Source: a virus
Taxonomy: Duplodnaviria > Heunggongvirae > Uroviricota > Caudoviricetes
IMG/VR virus record: IMGVR_UViG_3300035515_000158
Direction: 5' to 3' (one strand)
Length of the DNA stretch: 64,000 nucleotides
Positions within the stretch are counted from its first letter, which is position 1; each line of letters begins with the position of its first letter. Of this stretch, positions 50,015 through 60,900 are shown one piece after another. A program made the position numbers and the translations under genes. Below the pieces are notes generated by a model, which was given only the letters and a program-made list of their open reading frames with translations, was not told where the DNA came from and ran no database searches.

Positions 50015-51985
50015 ATGAAACATTTATTAGATAGAAATGATTTTTTAACACAAAGTCGAATGAATGAAGGTATTATTGGTGATACTTTTAGAAAGGGTGT
50101 GAAAAAACTTAAAGATATGTTTTCACTCTTATATAAAAAGGTCAAAAACTTCATTGCAATTTTTGACTCAAAGGGTAATGTACTTCCTGTTGTATCATTA
50201 CAGGCTTGTGTTGACCACTTCGCTGGTGTAAAAGGTGTAGAGGTTGTCACATCAAAAGAAATTAATGATTCAATCAAAAAAGTTGGTGGTCAGACTGGTG
50301 GTACAACTATCTCTCTAAGTAATGACAATGAATCTTATGAGGATGTAGATAAGGATTCAGTTGAGTATAAAAACTTAATGAGTATTCCTAAAATCCTTAA
50401 AGAAAGTTTTGGTGGTGAACAACTCGATGAACGTATTTCTTATTCAGAGGCGGGTGAAGGTCTAAACATTCCTACTATTGACATTGAGGAATTCAAAGAA
50501 AAAATCTTAGGTAGAATTGTTGACCGTCAGAAAAAGAAAAGAAAAGGTAACATGCTTATTTTTGGAGCTCCCGGTATTGGTAAATCTTCTATCGCCAACT
50601 CTGTAAAAGAAGCATACAACCGTTCAAAAAGTAATGAACAAGGTATTTCTATTATCACCATTAACTGTGCGGACTTAGCTCCCGGTGACTTCCTTATGCC
50701 CACAATGGCTGAGATGAAAGATATTAAAGGTGATATTGAAGCCAGAAAAGAAGCTCCTGAATTCGCAAGTATTGATGGATGGTCTGAAGAACAAAAGAAC
50801 CAACTTGAAACTGTACTAAGTCGTCAAAAGGTGTCAAACTCAGCACCTAAAAACTGGTTTCCTTGTTATCTTCCTTCTGGTAATGCCGAAATTGATGTTT
50901 TACTAGACGCCGCCGCTAATGGTTGTGTTAATATTGATACAAACCACCCAGAAAACAACAAAAGAACAGGTTCAGGTGGTATTCTCCTTTTGGATGAATA
51001 TTTCAGAGCTAATCCTATGATTTTCTCTCAATTAATGACACTTCTACTTGAAAGAAAAATGGGTGACTGGGTATTAGGTTCTAAATGGGCTATTATCGCT
51101 TGTTCAAATAGACCCGCTGATTCAAAAACAGTGACTGAGGTTTTTGAAAGTAGAATTGAAGGTGCAGACTTAGACCGTTATGCTGATATCGCACTATTGT
51201 CACCTGATGTTAATAGTTGGAAAGACTATATGAGAAGTAAAGGATTGACTGGTGAAAATGAAATTATCTTCAAATTTATCTTTGATCCTGACTCAATGGA
51301 AGGTGATGAATATCCAAGATGGCATAGTGTAGATAACAAAGATGATGCTTATGGTGATGATGAAAAGAACACATTACCTGTAACACCTCGTCGATGGGAA
51401 AAAGTTTGGGGAGAAATTGAAGATTACTTAGATGCACATGACTTAGATTCAGTTATCCAAATTCCTCTCAAAAAATTATCAAGTCTATTAAAGACAATGT
51501 TCACACCTGATTTCTTACATGAATTTATTGACTGGATTGAACAACATACTGGTAATGTAAATTTGGATGATATTGTAAAAGACCCAACAAATGTATTCCC
51601 AAGAAAAGATGTTAAAACTGATGACGTCATTATCGTTCGTGATTTAGGTGAACAATTTGAAAAGAAATATGGAAAAGACAAAGACTGTCCTGATGAAGAA
51701 TTAGCTAACCTTATGACTTGGTTTGGTTTACATATGAAGGACAATCCAAATGTCATAATGTCAGATTTCATGGAATGGATTGACAAAGTATTACCAAACG
51801 CTTCTGACAACGCACTTCATACAAAAGAAAAAACAGTTAATGTGATGCTCGCCGCTTGGCCTGATAGTGATGACTTTGAAGGTGTTGATGAAAGTAGAGT
51901 CAATGATATTAAAGAGTTGATGAAAGAATACTTCCCTTGGCGTCTTGATGGTGATAAGATTAAATTCATAAATGACTACGCTTAA
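50015..51985 (+). CDS. MoxR-like AAA+ ATPase
   Basis: Walker A GAPGIGKS, Walker B LLLDEYFR, ACSNR, TPRRWE; adjacent to VWA gene. Confidence 0.85.
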   Translation: MKHLLDRNDFLTQSRMNEGIIGDTFRKGVKKLKDMFSLLYKKVKNFIAIFDSKGNVLPVVSLQACVDHFAGVKGVEVVTSKEINDSIKKVGGQTGGTTISLSNDNESYEDVDKDSVEYKNLMSIPKILKESFGGEQLDERISYSEAGEGLNIPTIDIEEFKEKILGRIVDRQKKKRKGNMLIFGAPGIGKSSIANSVKEAYNRSKSNEQGISIITINCADLAPGDFLMPTMAEMKDIKGDIEARKEAPEFASIDGWSEEQKNQLETVLSRQKVSNSAPKNWFPCYLPSGNAEIDVLLDAAANGCVNIDTNHPENNKRTGSGGILLLDEYFRANPMIFSQLMTLLLERKMGDWVLGSKWAIIACSNRPADSKTVTEVFESRIEGADLDRYADIALLSPDVNSWKDYMRSKGLTGENEIIFKFIFDPDSMEGDEYPRWHSVDNKDDAYGDDEKNTLPVTPRRWEKVWGEIEDYLDAHDLDSVIQIPLKKLSSLLKTMFTPDFLHEFIDWIEQHTGNVNLDDIVKDPTNVFPRKDVKTDDVIIVRDLGEQFEKKYGKDKDCPDEELANLMTWFGLHMKDNPNVIMSDFMEWIDKVLPNASDNALHTKEKTVNVMLAAWPDSDDFEGVDESRVNDIKELMKEYFPWRLDGDKIKFINDYA

Positions 51986-51998
51986 TTAAACAAAATAG

Positions 51999-52030
51999 AA
52001 AAGGTTGGACATTAAATCCAACCTTTTTTT
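51999..52030. terminator. Bidirectional intrinsic terminator
   Basis: AAAAGGTTGGA/TCCAACCTTTT stem between convergent genes. Confidence 0.85.
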
Positions 52031-53153
52031 ATATCATTATTATATCGAGTTCATTATTTGAAAAACATTTATCAAATACATCATTCTTAAATTTATCCAA
52101 TCTCATCAAATCATTAATATCTTTTACTTTATCATATGATTTAATTAATTTTAGATATTTGTCCCAAAGGAATACATTTTTGTGTTCCTTTAATTTTGTT
52201 ATAGAGTGTTTCTTACCAACATCATCATTATCAAACAAATACCGAACATCCTCAATGTCATCAAAATAATTGTTCATTTTAGTTGCACCTTGGAGAGCAA
52301 TACAGTTATCAATACCAAGTGAATCTATGGGACCTTCCACAATAGTTAAAGGTTTTCTCATGTCAACATTCATTACATTAAACAACCCAGACAATTTATC
52401 TATGTTGGCTACAATATTTTCAATACCATCCTCCTGTTCAATATAGACCTGACCATTTGACATTTCACCCAATAATCTTTCAACAACACCATTCAAATCC
52501 TTACCAAACATTTCATAATAGATTTTAGAAAGACTTCGTGTTAAATATCTTGGTTTCTTACTTTTACTGTCAAGTTGTCTAATCTGATATCCTATTACTC
52601 TATCATTTTGATTTAGATTCAAAATGTATAGTTCCTTGGTTGATTCTTTATATGCAAAGTATCTCCAATCCTTTATACCTATTTTCCTATAGTGTAAATA
52701 GTCAGAAGGATGTTTTACTTTATAAGGTGAAACTAACTTATTTACTTTGAAAAAAATAGTCTTAGGTATTGCCAACTTATCTATCAATGTATATAGAATT
52801 GATGAAGATTTAGATGAAGTATTGTATCTTTTTTCAAATTTCTTGGCATTTTGTTGAATGTCATATACTTTACATCTTTCAACGTCACTCAATTCTTCAT
52901 CAAATCGTTTCAAAAAAGAATTGATACCATAGTGACAACCACAATTATAACAATGATAAGAAAGAGAATTAAGATAAAGATTACCTCGTTTCTTTCGATT
53001 ATCATTCACACTATCACCACAGACAGGACAACAAAAATTCCACCTGTCCGGATATACATCTATCTTTTTACGATAACTATTCGTAAAACTTGAATTGAGT
53101 ATCCTCTGAATTTTTACATGAATACTGTCTAAAACTTCATTTGATTCTGACAT
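52029..53153 (-). CDS. DNA primase (T4 gp61-like)
   Basis: Zn finger CPVCGDS...RG...CYNCG; TOPRIM VEGPIDS, FDND, KDIND. Confidence 0.9.
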   Translation of the reverse strand: MSESNEVLDSIHVKIQRILNSSFTNSYRKKIDVYPDRWNFCCPVCGDSVNDNRKKRGNLYLNSLSYHCYNCGCHYGINSFLKRFDEELSDVERCKVYDIQQNAKKFEKRYNTSSKSSSILYTLIDKLAIPKTIFFKVNKLVSPYKVKHPSDYLHYRKIGIKDWRYFAYKESTKELYILNLNQNDRVIGYQIRQLDSKSKKPRYLTRSLSKIYYEMFGKDLNGVVERLLGEMSNGQVYIEQEDGIENIVANIDKLSGLFNVMNVDMRKPLTIVEGPIDSLGIDNCIALQGATKMNNYFDDIEDVRYLFDNDDVGKKHSITKLKEHKNVFLWDKYLKLIKSYDKVKDINDLMRLDKFKNDVFDKCFSNNELDIIMI

Positions 53154-53392
53154 TACTGTAAACTATTATAAAGTTCTTGCAAACTTACTTTTCCATATTT
53201 CTCATTCAAAGAGTCCATAAAGTTTTTTTCTCTTTCTTTAACTTTATTTAACTCATTCTCAACATCTCCTATAGAAGATTGGATTACTTCTAAATTCTTC
53301 TTGAACTTAGAATATAACAAATTCAACCGACGATAATCACCTATAAGTTCCATCAGTTGATTTTTTTCTTCATCAGTAAAATTTTTCATCAA
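53153..53392 (-). CDS. Small coiled-coil protein
   Basis: 79 aa, coupled to neighbours. Confidence 0.7.
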   Translation of the reverse strand: MMKNFTDEEKNQLMELIGDYRRLNLLYSKFKKNLEVIQSSIGDVENELNKVKEREKNFMDSLNEKYGKVSLQELYNSLQ

Positions 53393-53655
53393 TCATCAAC
53401 TATTTTAGCGAACACAAATCCCTCTCTAAGACAATCATATTTTACACCATCTATTTTGATAGGTGTGGTCTTTCCGATGGGTTTTATAATGACATCTCCT
53501 TCTTTTAACTTTGAATCAGCAGACACCTTCAAAACTCTGGCGAAACGATTATATTCTTCATCTGGAATAAAAAGTCCCGATGATGTAACTGTCTCATTTT
53601 TAATGTCTTGGATAAGAATATATCCATTTTTCATATCTATTGGAATTGAACTCAT
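53389..53655 (-). CDS. groES: GroES/Cpn10-like co-chaperonin
   Basis: ETVTSSGLFIP, ARVLKV, LKEGDVII, IKIDGVKY..LRE..VFAKI. Confidence 0.8.
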   Translation of the reverse strand: MSSIPIDMKNGYILIQDIKNETVTSSGLFIPDEEYNRFARVLKVSADSKLKEGDVIIKPIGKTTPIKIDGVKYDCLREGFVFAKIVDD

Positions 53656-53705
53656 AATCTAAAATTTACTATTTCTCAAAATTAAATATAACAAAAAATT
53701 TCTTG

Positions 53706-53742
53706 AAAAAAGTAGACCGTTTGTTATATCATATAAATAATA
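53706..53742 (+). repeat. 37-bp element, perfect inverted copy of 4558-4594
   Basis: AAAAAAGTAGACCGTTTGTTATATCATATAAATAATA. Confidence 0.92.
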
Positions 53743-53844
53743 CATAAAATGACCTGTTAACTTGAAGAAAAAAGATCAAAAAAAAAAAGAATAATAAAAG
53801 ATAGACATAAATAATAATAAAGATAATTAATTACTTTAGAGTAA

Positions 53845-56151
53845 ATGGATTCAATGAATTTGAAGTGTATTTCTACTAATGTATTAAATGACTATGATAG
53901 AAATAAGTATTATGGTTATTTAGTTTATCTTAGAGAGAAATATAATGGATATAAAAAAGGATTATACTTAGGAGGAGAAGATGGTTGGGAAAGACTAACA
54001 AATGATTCTATGACTTTTGAACCAATTTCTTATGTTGATGTTCCTATTGCAAGTACAGAAACATATTATTATGAAGCTGATTTAATTACATATTTACCTT
54101 TTAACTGGAGTGATATTTCAGAATATTGTTACTTGACTAATAATAGAAAAGTAGATGTAGGTGAATATACAGTTTCAGTTTATTTGAAAGATGACTCTTG
54201 GGAATGGAGTGATATGACAAATAATATTAAAACATTAACTTTCAAAATTCTTCAAAGAAAGATAACGGAAGCTAATGTTATATTGTCATCTTATAAAATC
54301 AATTATGGTGATGACCTCCCAACTGTAAAAAGTGTTGAGTATAATGATAGAATCCTTACAGAAGATACTGATTATACTGTTTCTTATGATAGTGATAAAA
54401 ATGCTTCTGATAATCCAAAGTATGTGACAATCAATTTTATCAATAATTATACAGGTTCAGTTAAAAAATCTTATTATATTCAACAAGTTACAGTAAATAA
54501 ACCTGTTTTTGAAAATGAGTATAATTTTGTTTATGATAGTAATTCTCATTCAGTATATCCAACAAACTGGGATGACATTAAATCATACTGTAAAATAACT
54601 AATTATGAAAATACAGATGCCGGTACTTATACACTAACGATATCACTCAATAGTAGTAATTATTGTTGGTCAGATGGAACAAGTAAATCTATAACACAAT
54701 CATATAGTATTTCAAAGCAAATTGTAGATGTTCCTGTTTGGAATAGTGAATATTATAAGACATATGATGGAAAATCTTATTCAGTATATCCAACAAACTG
54801 GGATGACATTAAATCATATTGTACAGTAACTGATAATGTTGAAACTAATGTTGGTGAATATACGACATCTATTTCTTTGAATAGTGATAATTATATTTGG
54901 TCTGATAATACTAATGTAACTAAGACACAAGATTATCAGATAGACTACATATATGTTACATTACCTGTATGGTCTGAAAGTGACATATTTACTTATACTG
55001 GAAAGGAAATCACATATAAACCTTCTAACTGGGATGATATAAGTGCTTATGTTGTGATGACTAATTATAAGGGAATTGATGCAGGAACTTATACAGTTAA
55101 ATTATCATTGAGAGATAGTGTAAATTGTAGATGGAGTAATAAGAAAGTTACTGACCAAACAAGAGAGTTCTATATCACACAAGCTGATGGATATTTCATT
55201 AATGGGCCTTGGTTGAATGGTGATGTAATTGTAAATAGTAAATTAACTTGTACAGCTACCTTTATAGACAGTTCATCAGAAATTAAGTATGAATGGTATA
55301 GAAGTGATGATGGTACATTAGAATCTGGAATACATTTACAAACAGATGAAATCAATAATTACACTATTACCCCTGATGATTATGGATATTATATTATCTG
55401 TAATGTTGTCCCCAGTGCAACAACTAATTATACAAGCACAAGTAGTTTCGTGAAGACACAAAATAAAGTAAGTAAAATATTAAAAGAAAGTTATCTTGAA
55501 TTTGAGGATGACACAACAGAGGTATCTTTAACACCTGATTCAACTCAATTTACAATACCAACATTAAAGAATATATCTACTGATGATGGTAGTAAGGTTG
55601 TTTATACTGTCGTTTCTGGTAATGGTGAAATGTCTGATACTGAAGAAGGAGTTGTTAATATTACCGGAACAGGTGATATTGTAGTGAACGTATCTATTGA
55701 AGGAAGTACAGTTTATAATTATGTCCCCAATTCAATAACTTATACTATCCATGTAATTAGTGACACTGTTTATTATGGAATGTATGATAAGACTGGTTCA
55801 CCTAATGAGAAGGAAGTTTTATACAGTGGTTCGATTCCTGATAATTATGTTGAGGTTAGTGTTTCAGACACTGTTACATTTGATATTAAACGTTCTGACT
55901 TCCCAACAACTAAGGAAGATGGAAGTGATCAAAAATATTTTGGTTGGTATATTCTCGTTCCAACAACTAAGACATTATACTCATTACTTGAAAATGGTAA
56001 CGCCCTTGTATCAATAGAATCTAACCAACTCAAAAATGATGACAGTTCTGAATTGATTATCACGAAGGATGGTGTTGATTATCGAGTATATGGTAAGTTC
56101 AACATTGGTAAAACCGCAGACACATGGTTTATGACAGTAACAATAAAATAA
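53845..56151 (+). CDS. Ig-like (MBG-type) repeat protein, putative virion adhesin
   Basis: ~78-aa repeats YD....VYPTNWDDI...T.AG.YT..ISL....Y.WSD; CATAAATA at 53806-53813. Confidence 0.7.
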   Translation: MDSMNLKCISTNVLNDYDRNKYYGYLVYLREKYNGYKKGLYLGGEDGWERLTNDSMTFEPISYVDVPIASTETYYYEADLITYLPFNWSDISEYCYLTNNRKVDVGEYTVSVYLKDDSWEWSDMTNNIKTLTFKILQRKITEANVILSSYKINYGDDLPTVKSVEYNDRILTEDTDYTVSYDSDKNASDNPKYVTINFINNYTGSVKKSYYIQQVTVNKPVFENEYNFVYDSNSHSVYPTNWDDIKSYCKITNYENTDAGTYTLTISLNSSNYCWSDGTSKSITQSYSISKQIVDVPVWNSEYYKTYDGKSYSVYPTNWDDIKSYCTVTDNVETNVGEYTTSISLNSDNYIWSDNTNVTKTQDYQIDYIYVTLPVWSESDIFTYTGKEITYKPSNWDDISAYVVMTNYKGIDAGTYTVKLSLRDSVNCRWSNKKVTDQTREFYITQADGYFINGPWLNGDVIVNSKLTCTATFIDSSSEIKYEWYRSDDGTLESGIHLQTDEINNYTITPDDYGYYIICNVVPSATTNYTSTSSFVKTQNKVSKILKESYLEFEDDTTEVSLTPDSTQFTIPTLKNISTDDGSKVVYTVVSGNGEMSDTEEGVVNITGTGDIVVNVSIEGSTVYNYVPNSITYTIHVISDTVYYGMYDKTGSPNEKEVLYSGSIPDNYVEVSVSDTVTFDIKRSDFPTTKEDGSDQKYFGWYILVPTTKTLYSLLENGNALVSIESNQLKNDDSSELIITKDGVDYRVYGKFNIGKTADTWFMTVTIK

Positions 56152-56169
56152 TAAGATATAGATATAACA

Positions 56170-57801
56170 ATGGTAGTTAGAGGTCAAAATACATCATATG
56201 GTATGGCTATATATAATCAGGAGATGAAACCTCTTGATTACCTGTATGGCCCTTGGGAATACTTGGATCAAATGTTCGAGGAAATGGGACTTGAACAGGA
56301 TGAACTTGAACCCGGTCTGACTATTGGTGTGATAGAAGATGGTCAAGTCGTAGAATATTGGAATCCAGTCGAAGGAAAAGGATTTATTAAAAAAACATTC
56401 CCAAGTGAAGATAGTGAAAGTGGAGATGGAGTAAAACTATTAGACACCGTAGAAACCTTCTCAGATGCTCTTAAATTGGCGACAAGTGACAACCAAGGGT
56501 ATTTTATATCTGTGAAGAATGATGAGGTTACAGAGGGTTTAAATCATCAATCTGGACTTTATTTGGTGGTGGATGATGGTGTCCTCGATTGTGTTAGTAC
56601 AAATGTCACTTATGGGGTATTTCCTGAAGATGGTGAAGAAGTAAAAACTGATGGTGTCGCAAAGACTTCTGATGTGTATAATTTACTTAAAAAATCAGAA
56701 GAAACAATTAATGAGAAAATTGAAAACTTAGAACCAAATGTTGATAATCTTTTGTTAGGTTTAGATACAGCGGATGACTCATTTGATTACACCTATGTTT
56801 CGGAAGTAAATAATGTCGATGGTCAAATTGTTCCAGTTCATACTACATTAGACACAGCTTCAATGTTAATGGAGGGTAGTAATAAAAAGGATGAAGAAGA
56901 TTTTATTACGGTAACTGGTGTAAGTGTAGGTAATTATAAACCCGGTGATGTAATTAAAAATGGTACATCTCTACAAGAATTTTTGAAAGAGTTGTTGATG
57001 AAAAGATTGTATCCTGATAAGGCTGTCGTTAAACCAACTGTAACATTATCTGGTATATACGTTTCAGATACATTGGTCACAAAATCAACATATACTTGTG
57101 AGGTTGGTGAAAGATTAACAAGTAAATTCAGTAAAACTTATACAACTGGTAAAATTTCAACATTCAATGGTTTAACCGCATCAGCTACTACTTCGGTATA
57201 TGAAGATGCTCAGTGTGAACCTGATGAATCAACATTTCAAGTGATGATTAAAAGACCGGGTTCATCTTATGTGGTAACTGGTGATGTTGATGAGATAATG
57301 ACTTTAGGTGATTATACATTTAAGTCAACGATGAAATTTGGAGAAAATCAGAACATTCCTAAAACTAATTTTGGTGAAGAATGTCCTATTGATGAATATC
57401 CAAGTTATAATATTGCCGAACAAACAATTACATCTTCTGAGATAAAGATTTCAACTAAATATAAAATGTGGTATGGTGTAAAATCAGACCGTTCATTAGT
57501 TGTTAGTTCTGGAGATGAGTTGGATAGTTCAAAGGTATTAAATGGTGATTATGGTGATGTCTCATGGTTCGCTACTGGAAATATAAAAAGTTCAGTTACG
57601 ATTTCAGGTCAACAGATTTATGTTATTTGTCCAAGTGAATATGAAGTGTTATATGATTCTAAGACAAGTGCCGGTGTAAAAGCAGTTGAAGGTGGTACAT
57701 ATACACATGAACTTCCAAATAATTCAGGTGAAAAGTCTTATACACTTTATTACATGATGAATGATGGAACTTATGAGAATGTAAGAATTGTTGAAAAATA
57801 A
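56170..57801 (+). CDS. Putative virion/fibre-associated protein
   Basis: 543 aa; SLQEFLKELL..LYP...KPTVTL segment parallels TLSEVFDMILYP...QPSVTL of next gene. Confidence 0.6.
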   Translation: MVVRGQNTSYGMAIYNQEMKPLDYLYGPWEYLDQMFEEMGLEQDELEPGLTIGVIEDGQVVEYWNPVEGKGFIKKTFPSEDSESGDGVKLLDTVETFSDALKLATSDNQGYFISVKNDEVTEGLNHQSGLYLVVDDGVLDCVSTNVTYGVFPEDGEEVKTDGVAKTSDVYNLLKKSEETINEKIENLEPNVDNLLLGLDTADDSFDYTYVSEVNNVDGQIVPVHTTLDTASMLMEGSNKKDEEDFITVTGVSVGNYKPGDVIKNGTSLQEFLKELLMKRLYPDKAVVKPTVTLSGIYVSDTLVTKSTYTCEVGERLTSKFSKTYTTGKISTFNGLTASATTSVYEDAQCEPDESTFQVMIKRPGSSYVVTGDVDEIMTLGDYTFKSTMKFGENQNIPKTNFGEECPIDEYPSYNIAEQTITSSEIKISTKYKMWYGVKSDRSLVVSSGDELDSSKVLNGDYGDVSWFATGNIKSSVTISGQQIYVICPSEYEVLYDSKTSAGVKAVEGGTYTHELPNNSGEKSYTLYYMMNDGTYENVRIVEK

Positions 57802-57818
57802 TAAAAAATATTGAAATA

Positions 57819-57853
57819 AAAGGGATTTGGGAAAACTGAATCCCTTATTTTTT
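57819..57853 (+). terminator. Intrinsic terminator
   Basis: AAGGGATT/AATCCCTT stem followed by T tract. Confidence 0.75.
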
Positions 57854-57904
57854 GTGTCAATTTTTCATAAATAAAGTATATAAATGTAACAGAAAATCAG
57901 TTAG

Positions 57905-60900
57905 ATGAGTAACTATAATCAATATGTATATGATAAGGATTTGTGGATGACTGGTAATACTCCGAACACATTAAAGTCCGGAGGTAAATATCCTGTTGTC
58001 GCTGATGAACAGTGGAGTACATTAGAAGATGCTCTAAATTTCATCAATGATAGTAATAGTTCTGCAATTCCCGGTATGGTTATCACTGTTGTTTCTGATG
58101 GTGATAATAATGGTGTGTATTTTGTCGAGAGTATCGGTGGAGATGACACAGAAGGAAAACTTGTTAAATTAAGTGATAATGATGACCTTCAAAAACTAAA
58201 AGAAGATTTATCTAATCTCAAAACAGAAACAGGTGAAATTGATTTAAGTAATTATTATACCAAATCAGAAATTGAAGAAAAGAATTTTTTAACAGATTCT
58301 GATTTGACTAACTATGTAAAATCGGATGATGTATATAGTAAATCAGAAATAGATGGTATAAAATCTGAAATCATCAAAGATAATTCTGAAAAAATCGACA
58401 CTCTAAAAAGTGAAATCGAGACAAACTTATCGGACTATGCTAAGAAATCAGACATACCTGATGTAAGTAAATTCATCACTGATTCAGATGTTGAGAAAAA
58501 AGGATACTTAACAGAACATCAAGATTTATCAGACTATGCTAAGTTAACTGACATTCCTGATGTTAGTAATTTAGTATCCAATGATGATTTAGAAGGAAAG
58601 GGATACTTAACAGAACATCAAGACTTATCGGACTATGCTAAGAAATCAGACATACCTGATGTAAGTAAATTTATCACAGATTCAGATGTTGAGAAAAAAG
58701 GATATTTAACAGAACATCAAGACTTATCAGACTATGCTAAGTTAACCGATATACCTGACACATATACTAAGTCTGAGATAGATAAAATTAAAGATTCAAT
58801 AACAGATACACATTCTTCTGATATTGAACGTCTAACTAAACAGGTTAAACTTAATACTGAAACATTAAGTTCATTACAAGGTGCTGATGGTACTTTGAAC
58901 TTGAATAATCTATATTACACTAAACAGGAAATATTAGATAAGGGTTATGTTACATCATCTGAACTTGAAGAAAAAGGATATGCTAAGTCTGACAATGTTA
59001 ATGAAAAATTTGTTGAGTTAACCGGACAAATTAATACCTTAGAAAATAAAACATCAAGTTTATCAGATAGAGTTAAAAAAATTGAAAGTGATTATTTAAC
59101 CTCTGTTGATAAGGAAGATATAAAAACATGGGTTGGTGAACAAGGATACTTGACTGAACACCAAGACCTTTCAGAATATGCTAAGTTAACCGATATTCCT
59201 AATGTTAGTGATTTAGTATCCAATGATGACTTAGAAGAAAAAGGATATTTAACAAGTGATGACATATCTGACTTAGCTAAGAAATCTGAAATTCCTGATG
59301 TAAGTAAATTCATCACAGATTCAGATGTTGAGAAAAAAGGATACTTGACTGAACACCAAGACCTAACTGACTATGCTAAGAAATCTGAAATTCCTGATGT
59401 AAGTAAATTCATCACAGGTTCGGATGTTGAGAAAAAAGGATATTTAACAAGTGATGATTTAACAGGATATGCCAAGTCAAGTGAAATTCCTGATATATCT
59501 AATTTAGTATCCAATGATGATTTAGAAGGAAAAGGATATTTAACAGAACACCAAGACCTTTCAGAATATGTTAAGAAATCTGATATTGATGAATTGGTAT
59601 CTAATGATGTTTTAGATGAATATGCCAAGAAATCAGATATTCCAGACACAAGTGAATTTATTACAGATTCAGACTTAACTAAAAAAGGTTATGTTACTTC
59701 AGATAAATTAGCTTCTGATGTTGAATCACTAACTGATATGATTGCTGATGTGTCAGAAGATGTCTCAGGATTAACAGATAAGATTGAGGAATTAGGTGGT
59801 TCTGACATTGCAACTAAAACATGGGTTGGTGAACAAGGATATTTAACAGAACATCAAGATTTAACAGGATATGCTAAGTCAAGTGAAATTCCTGATGTAA
59901 GTAAATTCATCACAGATTCAGATGTTGAAAAGAAAGGATATTTAACAGAACACCAAGATTTAACAGGATATGCTAAGACAAGTGACATTCCTGATGTAAG
60001 TAATTTAGTATCCAATGATGACTTAGAAGAAAAAGGATATCTAACAAGTGATGATATATCTGACTTAGCCAAGAAATCTGAAATTCCTGATGTGAGTAAA
60101 TTCATCACAGATTCAGATGTTGAGAAAAAAGGATATTTAACAGAATATCAAGACTTATCAGACTATGCTAAGTTAACCGATATACCTGATGTATCTAATT
60201 TAGTTTCAAATGATGAGTTAGAAAGTAAAGGATATTTAACAGAACATCAAGATTTATCAGAATATGCTAAGACAAGTGACATTCCTGATGTAAGTAAATT
60301 CATCACAGATTCAGATGTTGAAAAGAAAGGATACTTGACTGAACACCAAGATTTATCAGAATATGCTAAGTCAAGTGAAATTCCTGATGTAAGTAAATTT
60401 ATCACAGATTCAGATGTTGAGAAAAAAGGATACTTAACAGAACATCAAGACTTATCAGAATATGCTAAGTCAAGTGAAATTCCTGATGTATCTAATTTTG
60501 TTTCTACTGATGAACTTTCTGAATTGGAACAAAAACATGATGATGACATTAGTAAAATTAACACAAGTATCACAAATATAACAGGTGGTGATTTGAATTA
60601 TGTTTCATCTGCTGAGGATAGTTGGAAGACTTCTGCTGTTGGTGGTGTGTCAGCAAATATGTCACCCTCAGATTTTGAAGGAAAGACATTAAGTGAAGTA
60701 TTTGATATGATTTTGTATCCAACACTTCAACCTACAGTAACCCAACCCAGTGTAACTTTGACTTATTCTGGTTCAACATTAATTCTCGCAGGTCAAATTC
60801 TTCCTGCAATAAATACTGTAGTGACTTCTACTAATCGAGGAACAACAACTTACACCAATAAAGATGGTAACAAATACTATGCAGGTGAAGTGACAACATC

